Shown here piece after piece: positions 27,862 through 38,231 of a stretch of 64,000 nt of DNA (positions are counted from its first letter, which is position 1; each line of letters starts with the position of its first letter). The stretch comes from a virus. Under the pieces are notes generated by a model. That model was given only the letters and a program-made list of their open reading frames with translations. It made no database searches and was not told the DNA's origin. Where the stretch lies: IMG/VR virus record IMGVR_UViG_3300019886_000067, positions 1 through 64,000 of that record. One strand, written 5' to 3'. The position numbers and the translations under genes are program-made.

Positions 27862-30726
27862 CTAAATCCAGGCGTTGCGCCATTCCACAATAGCGCTCAT
27901 ACTTTCGGCTTTCAATTGTGCCACAATCTCAATCCTATTTTCCCCAGGCACTAGCCCAAACCATTCAGTAGCAGCAAAGTTGACCGAGCCATAGATAGAG
28001 CCGGTAGCCGTTGATACCGTCCGGTTTAGCGTGTCAATAACGCCGGTAAATGTAGGTTCTGTCAGACTAATTGTGTTCACTGTGCCTGTGAGAGCATTAA
28101 TCCATGTGGCGTTAGACGCGCTAACGAATATGCCTCGTGGTTCAGCTTGTCCAGCAACCCATTCATTTTCTACTTCCGTGCCAGTTATTGTAGAGCGGCC
28201 TATGGTGCCGCTGGCAGTATTAGTCCAGTAAATATGTCCAGCATCTACAGCTATACTAGTAGCTTTAGTCCCAGAAACGATTGTTTTAGGGCTGGCTCCG
28301 CTGAGAAGAGATTCCTTGATTTCTCCTGTAGTAGTAGCCCACCATAGTTTTGTGGCTGTTACAAGAATCCCTGAGCCTTTGAGCATATTAGCGCCGGCAA
28401 TGATTGTTGTTTTTTCAGTTCCAGTTAGGGTCGTCCTGTTGATGTTGGTTCTGTCCCCATAGAATAGATTTGATTCATTCGCGGCTATGCCAAAGATTTC
28501 TTCTGGCAAAGTTGCAGTAAACACAAATTCATCAGAGAAAAAGCCCTTTAGGGTTGAGTGAACACTGTAGTTGCCTCCCCCTGGGTTGTTGAAGCAGACA
28601 TACATCTTAGTCCCATTTGCTGCTAGACCTGACGGAACAGCAGGCGTGAGGCTATTCCATGTGTTATTTAGTCCTGTTCCATTTATGCCTATCTTACCAA
28701 AAGCAATTGAGTTGTATGTGTACCAAAATGTGCTGCCGTCGTTTGCTACATAGGAGACGCCGCTGGACAAACCTCCCGCAAGCTGAATAGACAATGCTGG
28801 GTTGTAGTTGATAACAACCTGTTGTTTGGTTGTGGCATTGACTACTTCAAAGTTACGTGGTTTGCCTGTAAATATTATTAGCGGGTAAGTGATAACACTA
28901 CCTGTATTAGTAACTACCTTATACCCTGTGATTGGCACAGAGGAGATCGTACCTTCATTGAAGTTCGTAATAAAGAGGGTAGCTGTTTCGCCTGTTCCAG
29001 TGATCGCACTTCCATATGGGCCGGCCGCGCCAGAGTTGATGAAGTCTTCCATTATGTTTTCGCCATTAAGGTCAGCCCGTCTTACCTGACCACCTGCGTA
29101 GCAGCACCAATAGATATTTGTGGCACTAACGCAAGGATAAGCGGGTTCATTGCCTCCTTTAGAGATCCAAGAGTTTTCTATGCTTGCTCCGGCTATTGTG
29201 GCACGCCCAATCAAGCCATTTTTACGATCAGCCCAATATATATGCCCAGCATCAACACAAATACCGGATACATTGTTGAGCGGAAACAACCAGTTAGCTT
29301 CGATAGTGCCGCCGGCAACCGTCATGCGGCCGATAGCAAATTCCTTGGCCCAATAAATATGACCTGCGTCAACTGCAATACCTGCGCCGCCGGTAGTTAC
29401 AGCCTGCCACACACTTTCGATTGTTCCTCCCGCAACTGTGCAGCGACCTATGCCTTTTGTGCTGTTCCAATAGACGTGACCAGCATCTACAGCAACCCCA
29501 TTAGAGGATTCAGCTATAGTGACCCATTTAGGTTCAACGGAACCTCCTGAAATGGTAGCCCGACCAATGAAAGCTTCTCCCGAGCACCAATAAACATGCA
29601 CGCCATCTGTGGCAACTGCCTTGGGATGTATACCAGTGGAAAGTAGTTGCTGAACAATAGCCGGAAAAACATTTGCGCTCTGAGCGGTAGTGCCATAGAG
29701 ACGAGGATCGGCCGCTACCATCAAAAGCTGAAAGCTCTTAGACCATCCACCTGTAATACGGCAAGCCTGTTGACGGCGTACTTTCACAAACTGTCGTTCT
29801 CCGCCGGCCGGTGTCCATTCCAGCGTGGCATCTTCGCGCATGGCATTTGAAGCCTGAAGCAGTTTGGTGATCTTGATGTTACGATCTTCATTGCTGGTGA
29901 CGTTGTATATCGTGCCAGAAAGAGTAATCGGGCGACGACCGTGGAAGAAACTTCCATGAACACCACCGTCCATGCCTGTGATGTTCTCCGCGTTCTCGCG
30001 CACTTCCGGCGAATCAAGTCCAGTAGCTTCCGTGATAGAGCCAACGAAGTTAGGATCGAATGGGTCGTTGAACGTCGCAATAGTTCCGTCCGGGCCGGTG
30101 AGCGTGTACTTGGTCGAAAGCTGAGGACCGGACGGCAGAATAGCCCCAGGATGGTTAAGCCTGTTCCAGAAGTTTGTAGCAGACTTTCCAGCAGCGCCGG
30201 CCCATTCGTATCCCTCAACATCACCATCTACATAACTTTCAGTGGCGCTAACAGCAGTAAAGATTATTTTCAGTGCAGCAGGCGTAACAGGAGTACGAAT
30301 TGTAAAAAAGGCTGTTCCTGTTTTAGTCGGTGTCAGCGTAACAAAGCGACGATTCCAACCTAGAGCAGTCTGCGTCCATGCAACAAGGTTATTGCCTACA
30401 ACGCTAGAACCAAGACCCGCTTCAAGTTTATGCCCGGCAATTTCTTCATACACCGAGAACCATACAGTGATCGGAATTCCTTCTACAACAGGAATTTCTT
30501 CGATCATTGTTCCTTCAAATGTAGCTGTGCCGGCAGTCGTTATGTTGCAATAGCTTGTTAGGCCAAAAATACTTGCAGACTGGCTATACCCAGGAATTTG
30601 CTGCACCAAAGTGGTTGCTCCCAAGTTGACGAAGAAAGATGATGTGGTGCGCCAGCCAAACGCAGACGTAGCCCCATTGCCGTCATGCGAGAATCCTGGG
30701 TTTATGATTGGGTTTACAGCGGCCAT
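27862..30726 (-). CDS. Distal tail protein with CBM-like N-terminus and inserted beta-propeller repeats
   Basis: GRRPITLSG, AADPRLYG, LVPGENRI Dit motifs; repeated AVDAGHIYW blades. Confidence 0.8.
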   Translation of the reverse strand: MAAVNPIINPGFSHDGNGATSAFGWRTTSSFFVNLGATTLVQQIPGYSQSASIFGLTSYCNITTAGTATFEGTMIEEIPVVEGIPITVWFSVYEEIAGHKLEAGLGSSVVGNNLVAWTQTALGWNRRFVTLTPTKTGTAFFTIRTPVTPAALKIIFTAVSATESYVDGDVEGYEWAGAAGKSATNFWNRLNHPGAILPSGPQLSTKYTLTGPDGTIATFNDPFDPNFVGSITEATGLDSPEVRENAENITGMDGGVHGSFFHGRRPITLSGTIYNVTSNEDRNIKITKLLQASNAMREDATLEWTPAGGERQFVKVRRQQACRITGGWSKSFQLLMVAADPRLYGTTAQSANVFPAIVQQLLSTGIHPKAVATDGVHVYWCSGEAFIGRATISGGSVEPKWVTIAESSNGVAVDAGHVYWNSTKGIGRCTVAGGTIESVWQAVTTGGAGIAVDAGHIYWAKEFAIGRMTVAGGTIEANWLFPLNNVSGICVDAGHIYWADRKNGLIGRATIAGASIENSWISKGGNEPAYPCVSATNIYWCCYAGGQVRRADLNGENIMEDFINSGAAGPYGSAITGTGETATLFITNFNEGTISSVPITGYKVVTNTGSVITYPLIIFTGKPRNFEVVNATTKQQVVINYNPALSIQLAGGLSSGVSYVANDGSTFWYTYNSIAFGKIGINGTGLNNTWNSLTPAVPSGLAANGTKMYVCFNNPGGGNYSVHSTLKGFFSDEFVFTATLPEEIFGIAANESNLFYGDRTNINRTTLTGTEKTTIIAGANMLKGSGILVTATKLWWATTTGEIKESLLSGASPKTIVSGTKATSIAVDAGHIYWTNTASGTIGRSTITGTEVENEWVAGQAEPRGIFVSASNATWINALTGTVNTISLTEPTFTGVIDTLNRTVSTATGSIYGSVNFAATEWFGLVPGENRIEIVAQLKAESMSAIVEWRNAWI

Positions 30727-33700
30727 TACAACGCAGCCCCAAGCTCCCAGGCAACGCCCTGAGACCAGGCGTGCGGCTCAGGTGGTGGCTGCTGGAAGTG
30801 GTTGTTTACGTGCATGTTCACTACGTTTGGCTGTGCTGTGGTTTGGGCTACGGCGTTTTGTCCGCCGCCGCCCGTGAAAGCTGGCTGTGCCGGCACTTGC
30901 GTAGGAGCCTGCGCCCAAATAGGCTTGAAGTTACCGCCGTAGTTGGTATAGAGTTCCTGACGAACTTGGCTAAAGTTTACCATATCGTTGTAAGCGTTGC
31001 TTTCAGCGACGCCCTTATCCTGGGCGACTTGTTCTGCAAGCCCCTGATACGTGCCACGGGCGGATGTCACATCGTTAGCAATTTCAGTGATTGTTTCGTC
31101 CGGTGCTCCGCCTGCCTCAGCCTTAGCAAGCACACCTTCCCAAAAGCTTTGTAGGTTCAAGGAGGACGCAAGGTCATCCTGAATCGTTGGAAGCTCCTCG
31201 TTCTGAGGCGTGTTCGGATTGTCTGGCATGTTGTTGGTTTGCGCAATAGCGTAAGCCTTGTTTAGGCTCGCTAGGGTGCCCTTCATCCCAAGCTCTTCAA
31301 CATACTTGTCGGCGCTCGGGGGACCTTCAGCTTCGGCAGCAGACGATCCTTCTGGGCCGTAAGTTTCCATCGAAGTAGTTTCAACGCTCGCGCTTTCAGT
31401 TGCAGCTTCTTCTTTTTCAATGCTGTCTATTAGCGCCGTAAAGGCTGCGCTAGGGTACTTGGAAGCGATAGCCTGCGCCGTACGCTTAGCATTGCCAAGG
31501 ATGCCCTGTAGCTTACCGATTGATCCACGACGGTCTCCCAGGATTGCATTCCAGCCATTTGCGCCTTCCTTGAGTTTATTGTCTCCTGTCCTGTTGTATT
31601 CGGAAGCAATGTTCTGAAGTCGTGTTTGATCTGTACCGATCACATTGTTCAGATGTTCAATTTCTTTGTTGGCTGCCTCTAGCCTTCCCTTGTCGGCGTG
31701 CGCCGTCCTAGAGTCAGCTTCTAGTTGTGGAATGGACTTGTAGTTGACGTGACGATATACACCGCCGGTCTTCTCGACTACGCGAATGCCGCGCTCGTAT
31801 TCCGCAAGAGTTTCTTCTGCGTGCTTAGTAGATTTCTTAGCGGATGCAAGGCTCTTGCCCTTCTTGCCGTGCTCTGATTCCTTCGCATGATGCAAAGACT
31901 TCAGAGCAGAGTCCTTCTGATTCTTGAGCGTGACAAGCTTGTTTTTCTCAGAGCTTAGAGCCTGGTCGATCTTGCTGGTTATTTCTTCTACCTGGCCCAT
32001 CGGCACGGCCGCAGCCGAGTACGGGTCTGGTATTTTCAGAGCGACGATTGCTTTAGCGGTCGTGCCTGTTCCTGGCGCAGAGTCTCCGGTGGCTGCTTTG
32101 CCTTTACCTTTTTTAGCCGGCGCTTTTTTAGCCGATTTCTTGCCCTTAGCGGCTTCGTCCACGTTGTAGCCGAGAGCGTCCGCAGCTTCCTTCAGGTAAA
32201 CAACGTTGTCCCCACGGTAAGCAGGATTAGTAGCGATGACATACTCGTTGCGGTTCTCCTCACCTACAAGCAGCGTCGGACGATTGTACTTTCCGCCGGT
32301 TGTCTTTTCCCAAGGTTCGTGAACGCCGCCCTCTGCTTTGCCAAATACTTTGCTGACCGCATTAGTCACCGTGTTGACCGTATGAGTGGCGATTGTTACT
32401 GTCTTGGAAGCAATGCCGGCGATTGCGTCTCCTAGAGACTGCACAGCCCCAAGGCCAGAAACATCGGCCGTAACTTTGGAGTTGTGCTGAGTCGGAACGC
32501 CCAGGATTGCAGCAGCCGCGCGGCGGGCTATGGCAGAGACGCCATCGTGTCCAACAATGTTGCTGTTCTTGGTTGGGATTTTGATTCCAAGTATGTGATC
32601 TAGCGTCGCCACGGCCGCAGGGCCACCGTGACTAATAATCGCTACCTGCTTAGCAGACAGTTTGATGCCATCAATGTGCTGTAGAAGTGCCACAACCTTC
32701 GGGCCGTCCGAGGCGCTGATGTGAACGTACTTAGCTGCAATCTGAGCATTCGATAGAGACTGAAGAGCCTGCTTAGCGCTAGACGCATCCGCCACAACCT
32801 TCATAACGACCTTCTGGCTTAGGCCAGCGCCAAGTGCCGAGCTTGCAGCCTTGGAGACAGACGCCACGTCGTTGCTGCTTGTGAACTTGGTTGCGATTTT
32901 CAGCGCGATTGGCTTGCTGCCGGTTCGCGCTAGGTTGCCAATGGCCTGTTCAGCCTGCTTGGAAAGTTCAGGCAAGCCACGGTACGAGCGTACGAGGTTA
33001 GAACTAACGGCAGCCTGGCGGTTCAATGCTTGCGTAAGCTGACCAGCCTGGTAGATACGCTGTTCTTCGATCTTGGCAAGTTCCTTGGCGTCAGAAAACT
33101 CCTTGACTCCGCCGAGCTTAGTCTTGTCTTCCTTCATCTGCTGGTGCTTAGACGCAGAGAGCTTCTGCGTAGCAGCAACAGCCTTTTCAAGACCTTCAAC
33201 GTCCTTACCTGATGCAGTTTCGGCGGCTTTAGATTGTGTCTGGTATTCGCTGCGCAGGCGGATGTTCTGACGCAGGGCTTCGTTGTAGGATAGTTCGGCG
33301 CGCTCGTGCTCTACTGTGCCCTTGTGTGTATGGTCAAGCTGCTCCTTGAGTTCCTTCAAGCCAATGTTGGAGGCGTGTAGCTGAGACCCAGATTCAGTCA
33401 TCGCCGTCGTTAGGCCACCCCAGGAAGCCTTGAGACGCGCGTTAGCCGTGGCTCCCTGGTGTAGCTGACCTTCAAGTTCAGACGCGGCATCCTTGGTTTT
33501 GAGGAAGTGGAAGGCTAGTAGGCCGGCTCCTGCTACCAAAGCAGAGATTCCAAGGGTCTCAGGTGCCAGGACGGCTCCGAGGCCCGCTACGGACGCTGTA
33601 AGGCCCTCTGTGGCGACCTCAGCGGTGCCGATCTCGGACGCTGCCGCTGCTCCGCCGCCTGCACCGAAGATTCCCTTGACAAAGTTGAGGCCCTTGCCGA

Positions 33701-36020
33701 GCAAGCCGCCGCCTGCGGCTGCCCCAGCGGCACCCTCAGCCGCACTTGCAGCGCCGCCGGCCGCTCCACCTGCTGCCTCAGCGGTGCCAATCTCCGCCCC
33801 TGCTGCTGCGCCGCCGCTCATCAGCGCGGCGCGTATCTCAGCGGCTACGGCCGAGCCAGCCTCCGTCATCGACACAGCTATGGTTGCGCCGGCCGTGCGA
33901 GCCCCGCCGACTAGACCGCTTCCAATGTTGAACGCGCCAGTACCTAGAGCCTTGATTGTTCCTATTGCGCCAAGCTCACGCATCAAGGACACAGCCTTGA
34001 CAAGCATCCCAATAAAGCTGCCAATCTTATTGACCGCAAAGATCGCACCGATGGTCGCTCCAAGAGCGCCTAGTGGGCCACCTAGACCCACTAGTTTTGT
34101 GATGCCCTCAATGAGCCTTGCCACAAAGCTAATTCCGTGTAGAAGTCCTGTAGTGAATGGGGCAAGTAGGTTGCTCCACTGCACAAACGAAGCGATAAGC
34201 GGGCCAAGCGCGCCGGCCAACGCCTTCACATCATCAGCCGAGCGGTTGAAGAAGCGCGTCATATCCTGCTGACCCTTACCAGTCTGCAAGAATTTGTTCC
34301 ACGAATCAGTAGCGTGGCTCATGGAGCGCACGAGATTGTCGCCCGCATCCGCGCTGCCGTTTAGGACAGTGCCAAGTAGTTTACCGAGTGAGCCGAATAG
34401 GTGTATCAAGTCGCCAGCGTGCGAGCCCAGGCGCGTAATCTCACCGTCGAGCTTAGCGCCAGGCTGAGTTGCCTTGTCAAGATCGGACGCCCATTTGCGG
34501 AATCCATCGCCGGCCGGACCAGCAAAGATACGTGCGCCCGCCTCGCCTACGTGGATGAAAGCCGCTCCAATGTGCTGAAGCCCAGACAGCGCCGGCAAAA
34601 GGAACTTGTTAGCGCTAGACCCCAGGGAATCAAACATTTTGATACCACTCGGGGAGCGCATCTTAGCCAGCACGTTATCCAAGCGCGAGGATACGATGTT
34701 CATAGTTGTGTCTGTGTTGTGCGCAAGCCCTGGCATGAGCTTCGCGGCAGTTTCGATTCCGTGGGAGAGCACAGAACCGAAGTCACGCTTGGCCGTTGCA
34801 CCTGTTAGGTGTGCCCACTCTGTGCTCATCAGGTGTAGCCCGATTGCAGCATCACGGGCTTGCGGGCTGACGCTCTTCAGCGTCGAATTCATCTGGTCCT
34901 GGGCTGTCTTGGCTTGCTTGGAATCCTTGCCGTACTTCTGAATGGCAGTAGCGTAAGCCTTAGTAGCCGCCTCAGCCGCAGAGAAATCAGCGATTGCCGG
35001 CTTGAGAGCAGCAAACATTCCACCAAAGTTGAGTGCAAGTCCGGTAACTACACCACTAGCCACACTAGCGGCTCCAACAAAGCCTGTCCCTAGTACCCCA
35101 ATCAGGGACACGAGCCCTCCTCCAAGGCTCGTTAGGATCGGAGATAGGGCCGCCGCCGCAGCCGCAAGTGTTCGCGCCGTGCCGGAAATCGGTCCGGCGC
35201 TGATACGGATGTTGCCGATGTTGTCGGCCTTGTTGCCGATGTCATTCAGGAATCCAAGCAGTTTGATCTTCGTGCGCTGCAAGAATCCCTCATCGGTGTC
35301 AACCTTGACGTGTACCGGCGGGTGCCCACCAATAGCATTTAGCTCCGCCTTCACAGCCGCCATGCGCGAGCGTAGGAAGTCCTCATCAAGGCCAAGCTTG
35401 ATCTTCGCCTCCTTACCAAACGGCGTACGCTGCTGCGCAACCTTCTCGATCTTGTCTGTAAGGCCGGCGTACTCCTTGCGAAGCTGAGCGATTCGCTGCT
35501 GTTGCTTGGCTGCCGCAAGCTCAGCGCGCGTGGCTGCTGTGCTCTCAAGATAAGCTGCCTTTTCAGCATCCTTAGAAGCACGAGCCTCCGCTGCCTGAAC
35601 TTGCGCGCGGCGGCGAGAATAAGTGTCGTATGCTTTCTGACGGTCAGACTCAGCCTTGGCGATTGCAGCCTCGGCCGCAAGAGCCTTCTCGGCACCTTGT
35701 ACCTCGATCTTGACCTCAGCCTTGCGGCCATTCAAGCGAGTGAGAGAAAGTTCAGCAGCCGCTATCTTGCGGTCAAGGTCATCCTTATTAGCCTTGACGA
35801 CTACCTCTGCACGCTCAGCCTTGAGCGAGTCGATCTTAGCTTTTACGCGATCAACAGCCTCATCGAAGCGTGCGGTCTCCGCGTCGATCTTAGCCTTAGC
35901 CTCCATGCGGCTGATAGCCGCCATTTTGGCCTGAAACTCTGCCTCTACACGATCTAGGCCAGCGCGAGCATCACCGTCGTTTAGGGTGATATTGATATCG
36001 CCTTTTGCAACCTCTGTCAT
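30726..36020 (-). CDS. Tape measure protein
   Basis: 1764 aa, Ala/Gly-rich helical, follows the tail chaperones. Confidence 0.93.
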   Translation of the reverse strand: MTEVAKGDINITLNDGDARAGLDRVEAEFQAKMAAISRMEAKAKIDAETARFDEAVDRVKAKIDSLKAERAEVVVKANKDDLDRKIAAAELSLTRLNGRKAEVKIEVQGAEKALAAEAAIAKAESDRQKAYDTYSRRRAQVQAAEARASKDAEKAAYLESTAATRAELAAAKQQQRIAQLRKEYAGLTDKIEKVAQQRTPFGKEAKIKLGLDEDFLRSRMAAVKAELNAIGGHPPVHVKVDTDEGFLQRTKIKLLGFLNDIGNKADNIGNIRISAGPISGTARTLAAAAAALSPILTSLGGGLVSLIGVLGTGFVGAASVASGVVTGLALNFGGMFAALKPAIADFSAAEAATKAYATAIQKYGKDSKQAKTAQDQMNSTLKSVSPQARDAAIGLHLMSTEWAHLTGATAKRDFGSVLSHGIETAAKLMPGLAHNTDTTMNIVSSRLDNVLAKMRSPSGIKMFDSLGSSANKFLLPALSGLQHIGAAFIHVGEAGARIFAGPAGDGFRKWASDLDKATQPGAKLDGEITRLGSHAGDLIHLFGSLGKLLGTVLNGSADAGDNLVRSMSHATDSWNKFLQTGKGQQDMTRFFNRSADDVKALAGALGPLIASFVQWSNLLAPFTTGLLHGISFVARLIEGITKLVGLGGPLGALGATIGAIFAVNKIGSFIGMLVKAVSLMRELGAIGTIKALGTGAFNIGSGLVGGARTAGATIAVSMTEAGSAVAAEIRAALMSGGAAAGAEIGTAEAAGGAAGGAASAAEGAAGAAAGGGLLGKGLNFVKGIFGAGGGAAAASEIGTAEVATEGLTASVAGLGAVLAPETLGISALVAGAGLLAFHFLKTKDAASELEGQLHQGATANARLKASWGGLTTAMTESGSQLHASNIGLKELKEQLDHTHKGTVEHERAELSYNEALRQNIRLRSEYQTQSKAAETASGKDVEGLEKAVAATQKLSASKHQQMKEDKTKLGGVKEFSDAKELAKIEEQRIYQAGQLTQALNRQAAVSSNLVRSYRGLPELSKQAEQAIGNLARTGSKPIALKIATKFTSSNDVASVSKAASSALGAGLSQKVVMKVVADASSAKQALQSLSNAQIAAKYVHISASDGPKVVALLQHIDGIKLSAKQVAIISHGGPAAVATLDHILGIKIPTKNSNIVGHDGVSAIARRAAAAILGVPTQHNSKVTADVSGLGAVQSLGDAIAGIASKTVTIATHTVNTVTNAVSKVFGKAEGGVHEPWEKTTGGKYNRPTLLVGEENRNEYVIATNPAYRGDNVVYLKEAADALGYNVDEAAKGKKSAKKAPAKKGKGKAATGDSAPGTGTTAKAIVALKIPDPYSAAAVPMGQVEEITSKIDQALSSEKNKLVTLKNQKDSALKSLHHAKESEHGKKGKSLASAKKSTKHAEETLAEYERGIRVVEKTGGVYRHVNYKSIPQLEADSRTAHADKGRLEAANKEIEHLNNVIGTDQTRLQNIASEYNRTGDNKLKEGANGWNAILGDRRGSIGKLQGILGNAKRTAQAIASKYPSAAFTALIDSIEKEEAATESASVETTSMETYGPEGSSAAEAEGPPSADKYVEELGMKGTLASLNKAYAIAQTNNMPDNPNTPQNEELPTIQDDLASSLNLQSFWEGVLAKAEAGGAPDETITEIANDVTSARGTYQGLAEQVAQDKGVAESNAYNDMVNFSQVRQELYTNYGGNFKPIWAQAPTQVPAQPAFTGGGGQNAVAQTTAQPNVVNMHVNNHFQQPPPEPHAWSQGVAWELGAAL

Positions 36021-36045
36021 ATGATTTCACCCCCTAGATCACAAC

Positions 36046-36080
36046 GACCGCACGAAACGTATAGTACGTTTCGTGCGGTC
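36046..36080. terminator. 16-bp perfect hairpin upstream of the tape measure gene
   Basis: GACCGCACGAAACGTA-TAG-TACGTTTCGTGCGGTC. Confidence 0.65.
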
Positions 36081-36102
36081 TCGATTGCTGTGAATGAGTA
36101 CA

Positions 36103-36315
36103 TCATGCTCCTACGCGCTGCCTTAGATCGTCTGTATTTTTCTGCCAATCCTTCTTCTTTGCTTCCTCTTCGGCAGCTTTTCTTTCCTGCAAATACTTCA
36201 ATGTGACTGCCTCAGTGACCATGTAGTCGATCACATCGTCATCTGAGAATTTTGGAAACGGCCGTCCAGCCTCCTTGCTAATCGCCAGAATCCTCGTAGC
36301 TATAGGGGAGGCCAC
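36103..36315 (-). CDS. Tail assembly chaperone frameshift extension (gpT-like)
   Basis: Overlaps the chaperone 3' end in the +1 frame at TCC TTT CGT. Confidence 0.75.
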   Translation of the reverse strand: MASPIATRILAISKEAGRPFPKFSDDDVIDYMVTEAVTLKYLQERKAAEEEAKKKDWQKNTDDLRQRVGA

Positions 36316-36733
36316 GAAAGGAGCGCCACTCTTTTACACTCTCCAATCCTGCCAAATGATGTCCAACGGCATCAAGATCGCGTTGCCTGGTAGCAATCTC
36401 CACTATCATTTCCTTGTCCTCAAAAGGAATAGCGCCGCTGGAAAAGTCCTCTTCTGTGACGGTTGGTGCCTTCACAGTAAGCACGCAGAGCTTGTTGAAG
36501 AAGTCTGCTTGCTGAACGATGTCCTCGCGTGTAACATCACGCTTGCCGGCGGCTACCTTGATAGCCATATCAACAAGCTCGTTTGGAATCTGGCCTGTCT
36601 TTACAAGGCCAGGAAGGTCGGGAACCTCAATCTCAACGACCGTGCTAGAAGGCAATGTGATCGTGTGAGTTTTGTTCTTCTTCCACTGCGCTAGCGAAGT
36701 GGGCTTAGCTGGACTGTCTAGTGCTGTCGGCAT
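36278..36733 (-). CDS. Tail assembly chaperone (gpG-like)
   Basis: Between tail tube and TMP genes; GAGGAGG RBS. Confidence 0.8.
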   Translation of the reverse strand: MPTALDSPAKPTSLAQWKKNKTHTITLPSSTVVEIEVPDLPGLVKTGQIPNELVDMAIKVAAGKRDVTREDIVQQADFFNKLCVLTVKAPTVTEEDFSSGAIPFEDKEMIVEIATRQRDLDAVGHHLAGLESVKEWRSFRGLPYSYEDSGD

Positions 36734-36933
36734 TCGTTGTGTCCTCCTCGGACTGTACGGTGTTTAGTGTGTCTCTGATACGCGCAAGGTCGCGTACTAC
36801 AATCCTACTCTCTTTAGAGACGCGCTTAGCGTTAGCGAGAGCTAGATCGACCTGTGCGTTAAGGCTGTGATCGGCCATACATCAATGCTAGGCCATGACT
36901 AGCCAAAAAGAAGAGCCCCTAACGGGGCTCTTC

Positions 36934-37047
36934 TTATTTCTTCTTGGAAGACTTCTTTCGAGTCTTCTTGGCTGGTTTTGCGGCCGTAGCCTTCTTTTTG
37001 TAGCCTGGAAGGAACTGAGGAGGGACTTTGCCCTTCTTAGCCGCCAT
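36934..37047 (-). CDS. 37-aa Lys-rich peptide MAAKKGKVPPQFLPGYKKKATAAKPAKKTRKKSSKKK
   Basis: Translated by hand; followed by a hairpin/T-tract terminator at about 36905..36932. Confidence 0.65.
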   Translation of the reverse strand: MAAKKGKVPPQFLPGYKKKATAAKPAKKTRKKSSKKK

Positions 37048-37048
37048 C

Positions 37049-37246
37049 TTAGATCGTGCCCGAATAACCTGGCGCGTTGGCCGGCTTAGGTGCTGGCTTC
37101 AGAGACCTTTTGAAGGTCGGACGAGCCGGGGGCACAGGCTTGGAAACTGTTCCCTGTCCTGTGACAGTCACAGAAGCAAGCGGGCTCTGTCCGAATCCTG
37201 GCTTTGTAAGACGTGGGTCTGGTTTAGTCTGGTATTTGTTCGCCAT
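37049..37246 (-). CDS. Small Pro/Lys-rich protein
   Basis: GAGGA RBS after the tail tube gene. Confidence 0.65.
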   Translation of the reverse strand: MANKYQTKPDPRLTKPGFGQSPLASVTVTGQGTVSKPVPPARPTFKRSLKPAPKPANAPGYSGTI

Positions 37247-37256
37247 TTCATTCCTC

Positions 37257-38231
37257 TTAGTAGCTAGCTACCTGATTCTTCACGACAGCCGTGATGATGC
37301 TGCCGGATGTCGGACGCTGACCCACAGCACGGACGGAAGCTGTGATCGGGGCACCGGAAGCGTCTGGCGCTACCGGGAACTCCTCGTAAGCAATAGTCGG
37401 AAGCGTGAACTTGACCTGATTGTTTGCGCCGTTGTCAAACTGGAAGTCAGCAGACGTAGTGAAAATCTGGTTAGAGATTTCGGTTCCCGATTCCCCGCCG
37501 TAATGGAACTTGTTGTACTCAGCAAGAGTTTCGAAAATGATGTCGAACGAAAGGCTGATCTGGCGCTGCCCAACAACAACATCATACGGAAGGAAGTCAT
37601 CCGTTTGCTGTACTGTGACGTTGTTGTCGATGGTCAAGTCCATGCTGGAAATCAGCGCAGTTGCTCCACCGCCAAGCGTGACAGTCGCGTTGTTGTAGTT
37701 GTATACATAGCCGTTTTGAAGGCTAATTACCGGAGAGGTAGACGGATCAGAAGTAAGACGCGTGCTCTTGAGCCCCATGATGTTAGCCTGCGCTGTGAGC
37801 GGCTGCCCTGCGCTAGTCTTGACCTCAAGGGACGAAAGGAAACAATCCTGATGACGCTCAAAGAGCGTGTCAGATAGATCATTCCAGAATGTGACATAAG
37901 GAATCGACTGAGCGGCCGTGATCGTATGCGTGTAGTTAGCTGCACCCGTTACGGCATCAGCGCCTAGCACGTAGAAAAGGAAAGCCCCAATGCTAGCATC
38001 ACGAACATAGACTTCTGGGTTGCCAGAAACGCCGCCGGTCTTGACGAAGGATACTCCCTGGTCACGGTTGGAGTCGGTCTCTGCTAGCTGGTCAAATTCA
38101 CGGGTAGGTGCAATCGCGCCGCCAACATACGGAGACTTGAAAGCCTTGAGGGCTTCAACGGTAGCTGGTGTACCCTTGACTGTCTGCTTCTGGTACATCA
38201 ACCATGCTGTATTCCCGCGTAGACCGGCCAT
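37257..38231 (-). CDS. Major tail (tube) protein
   Basis: 324 aa, beta-rich, YTHTIT motif, position. Confidence 0.85.
   Translation of the reverse strand: MAGLRGNTAWLMYQKQTVKGTPATVEALKAFKSPYVGGAIAPTREFDQLAETDSNRDQGVSFVKTGGVSGNPEVYVRDASIGAFLFYVLGADAVTGAANYTHTITAAQSIPYVTFWNDLSDTLFERHQDCFLSSLEVKTSAGQPLTAQANIMGLKSTRLTSDPSTSPVISLQNGYVYNYNNATVTLGGGATALISSMDLTIDNNVTVQQTDDFLPYDVVVGQRQISLSFDIIFETLAEYNKFHYGGESGTEISNQIFTTSADFQFDNGANNQVKFTLPTIAYEEFPVAPDASGAPITASVRAVGQRPTSGSIITAVVKNQVASY

Noticed and set aside
33493-35957. Long + strand ORFs opposite the tape measure gene (also 7486..8445 and 37077..37877)
   Set aside because: Antisense shadows of GC-rich genes, with no RBS or recognisable motifs
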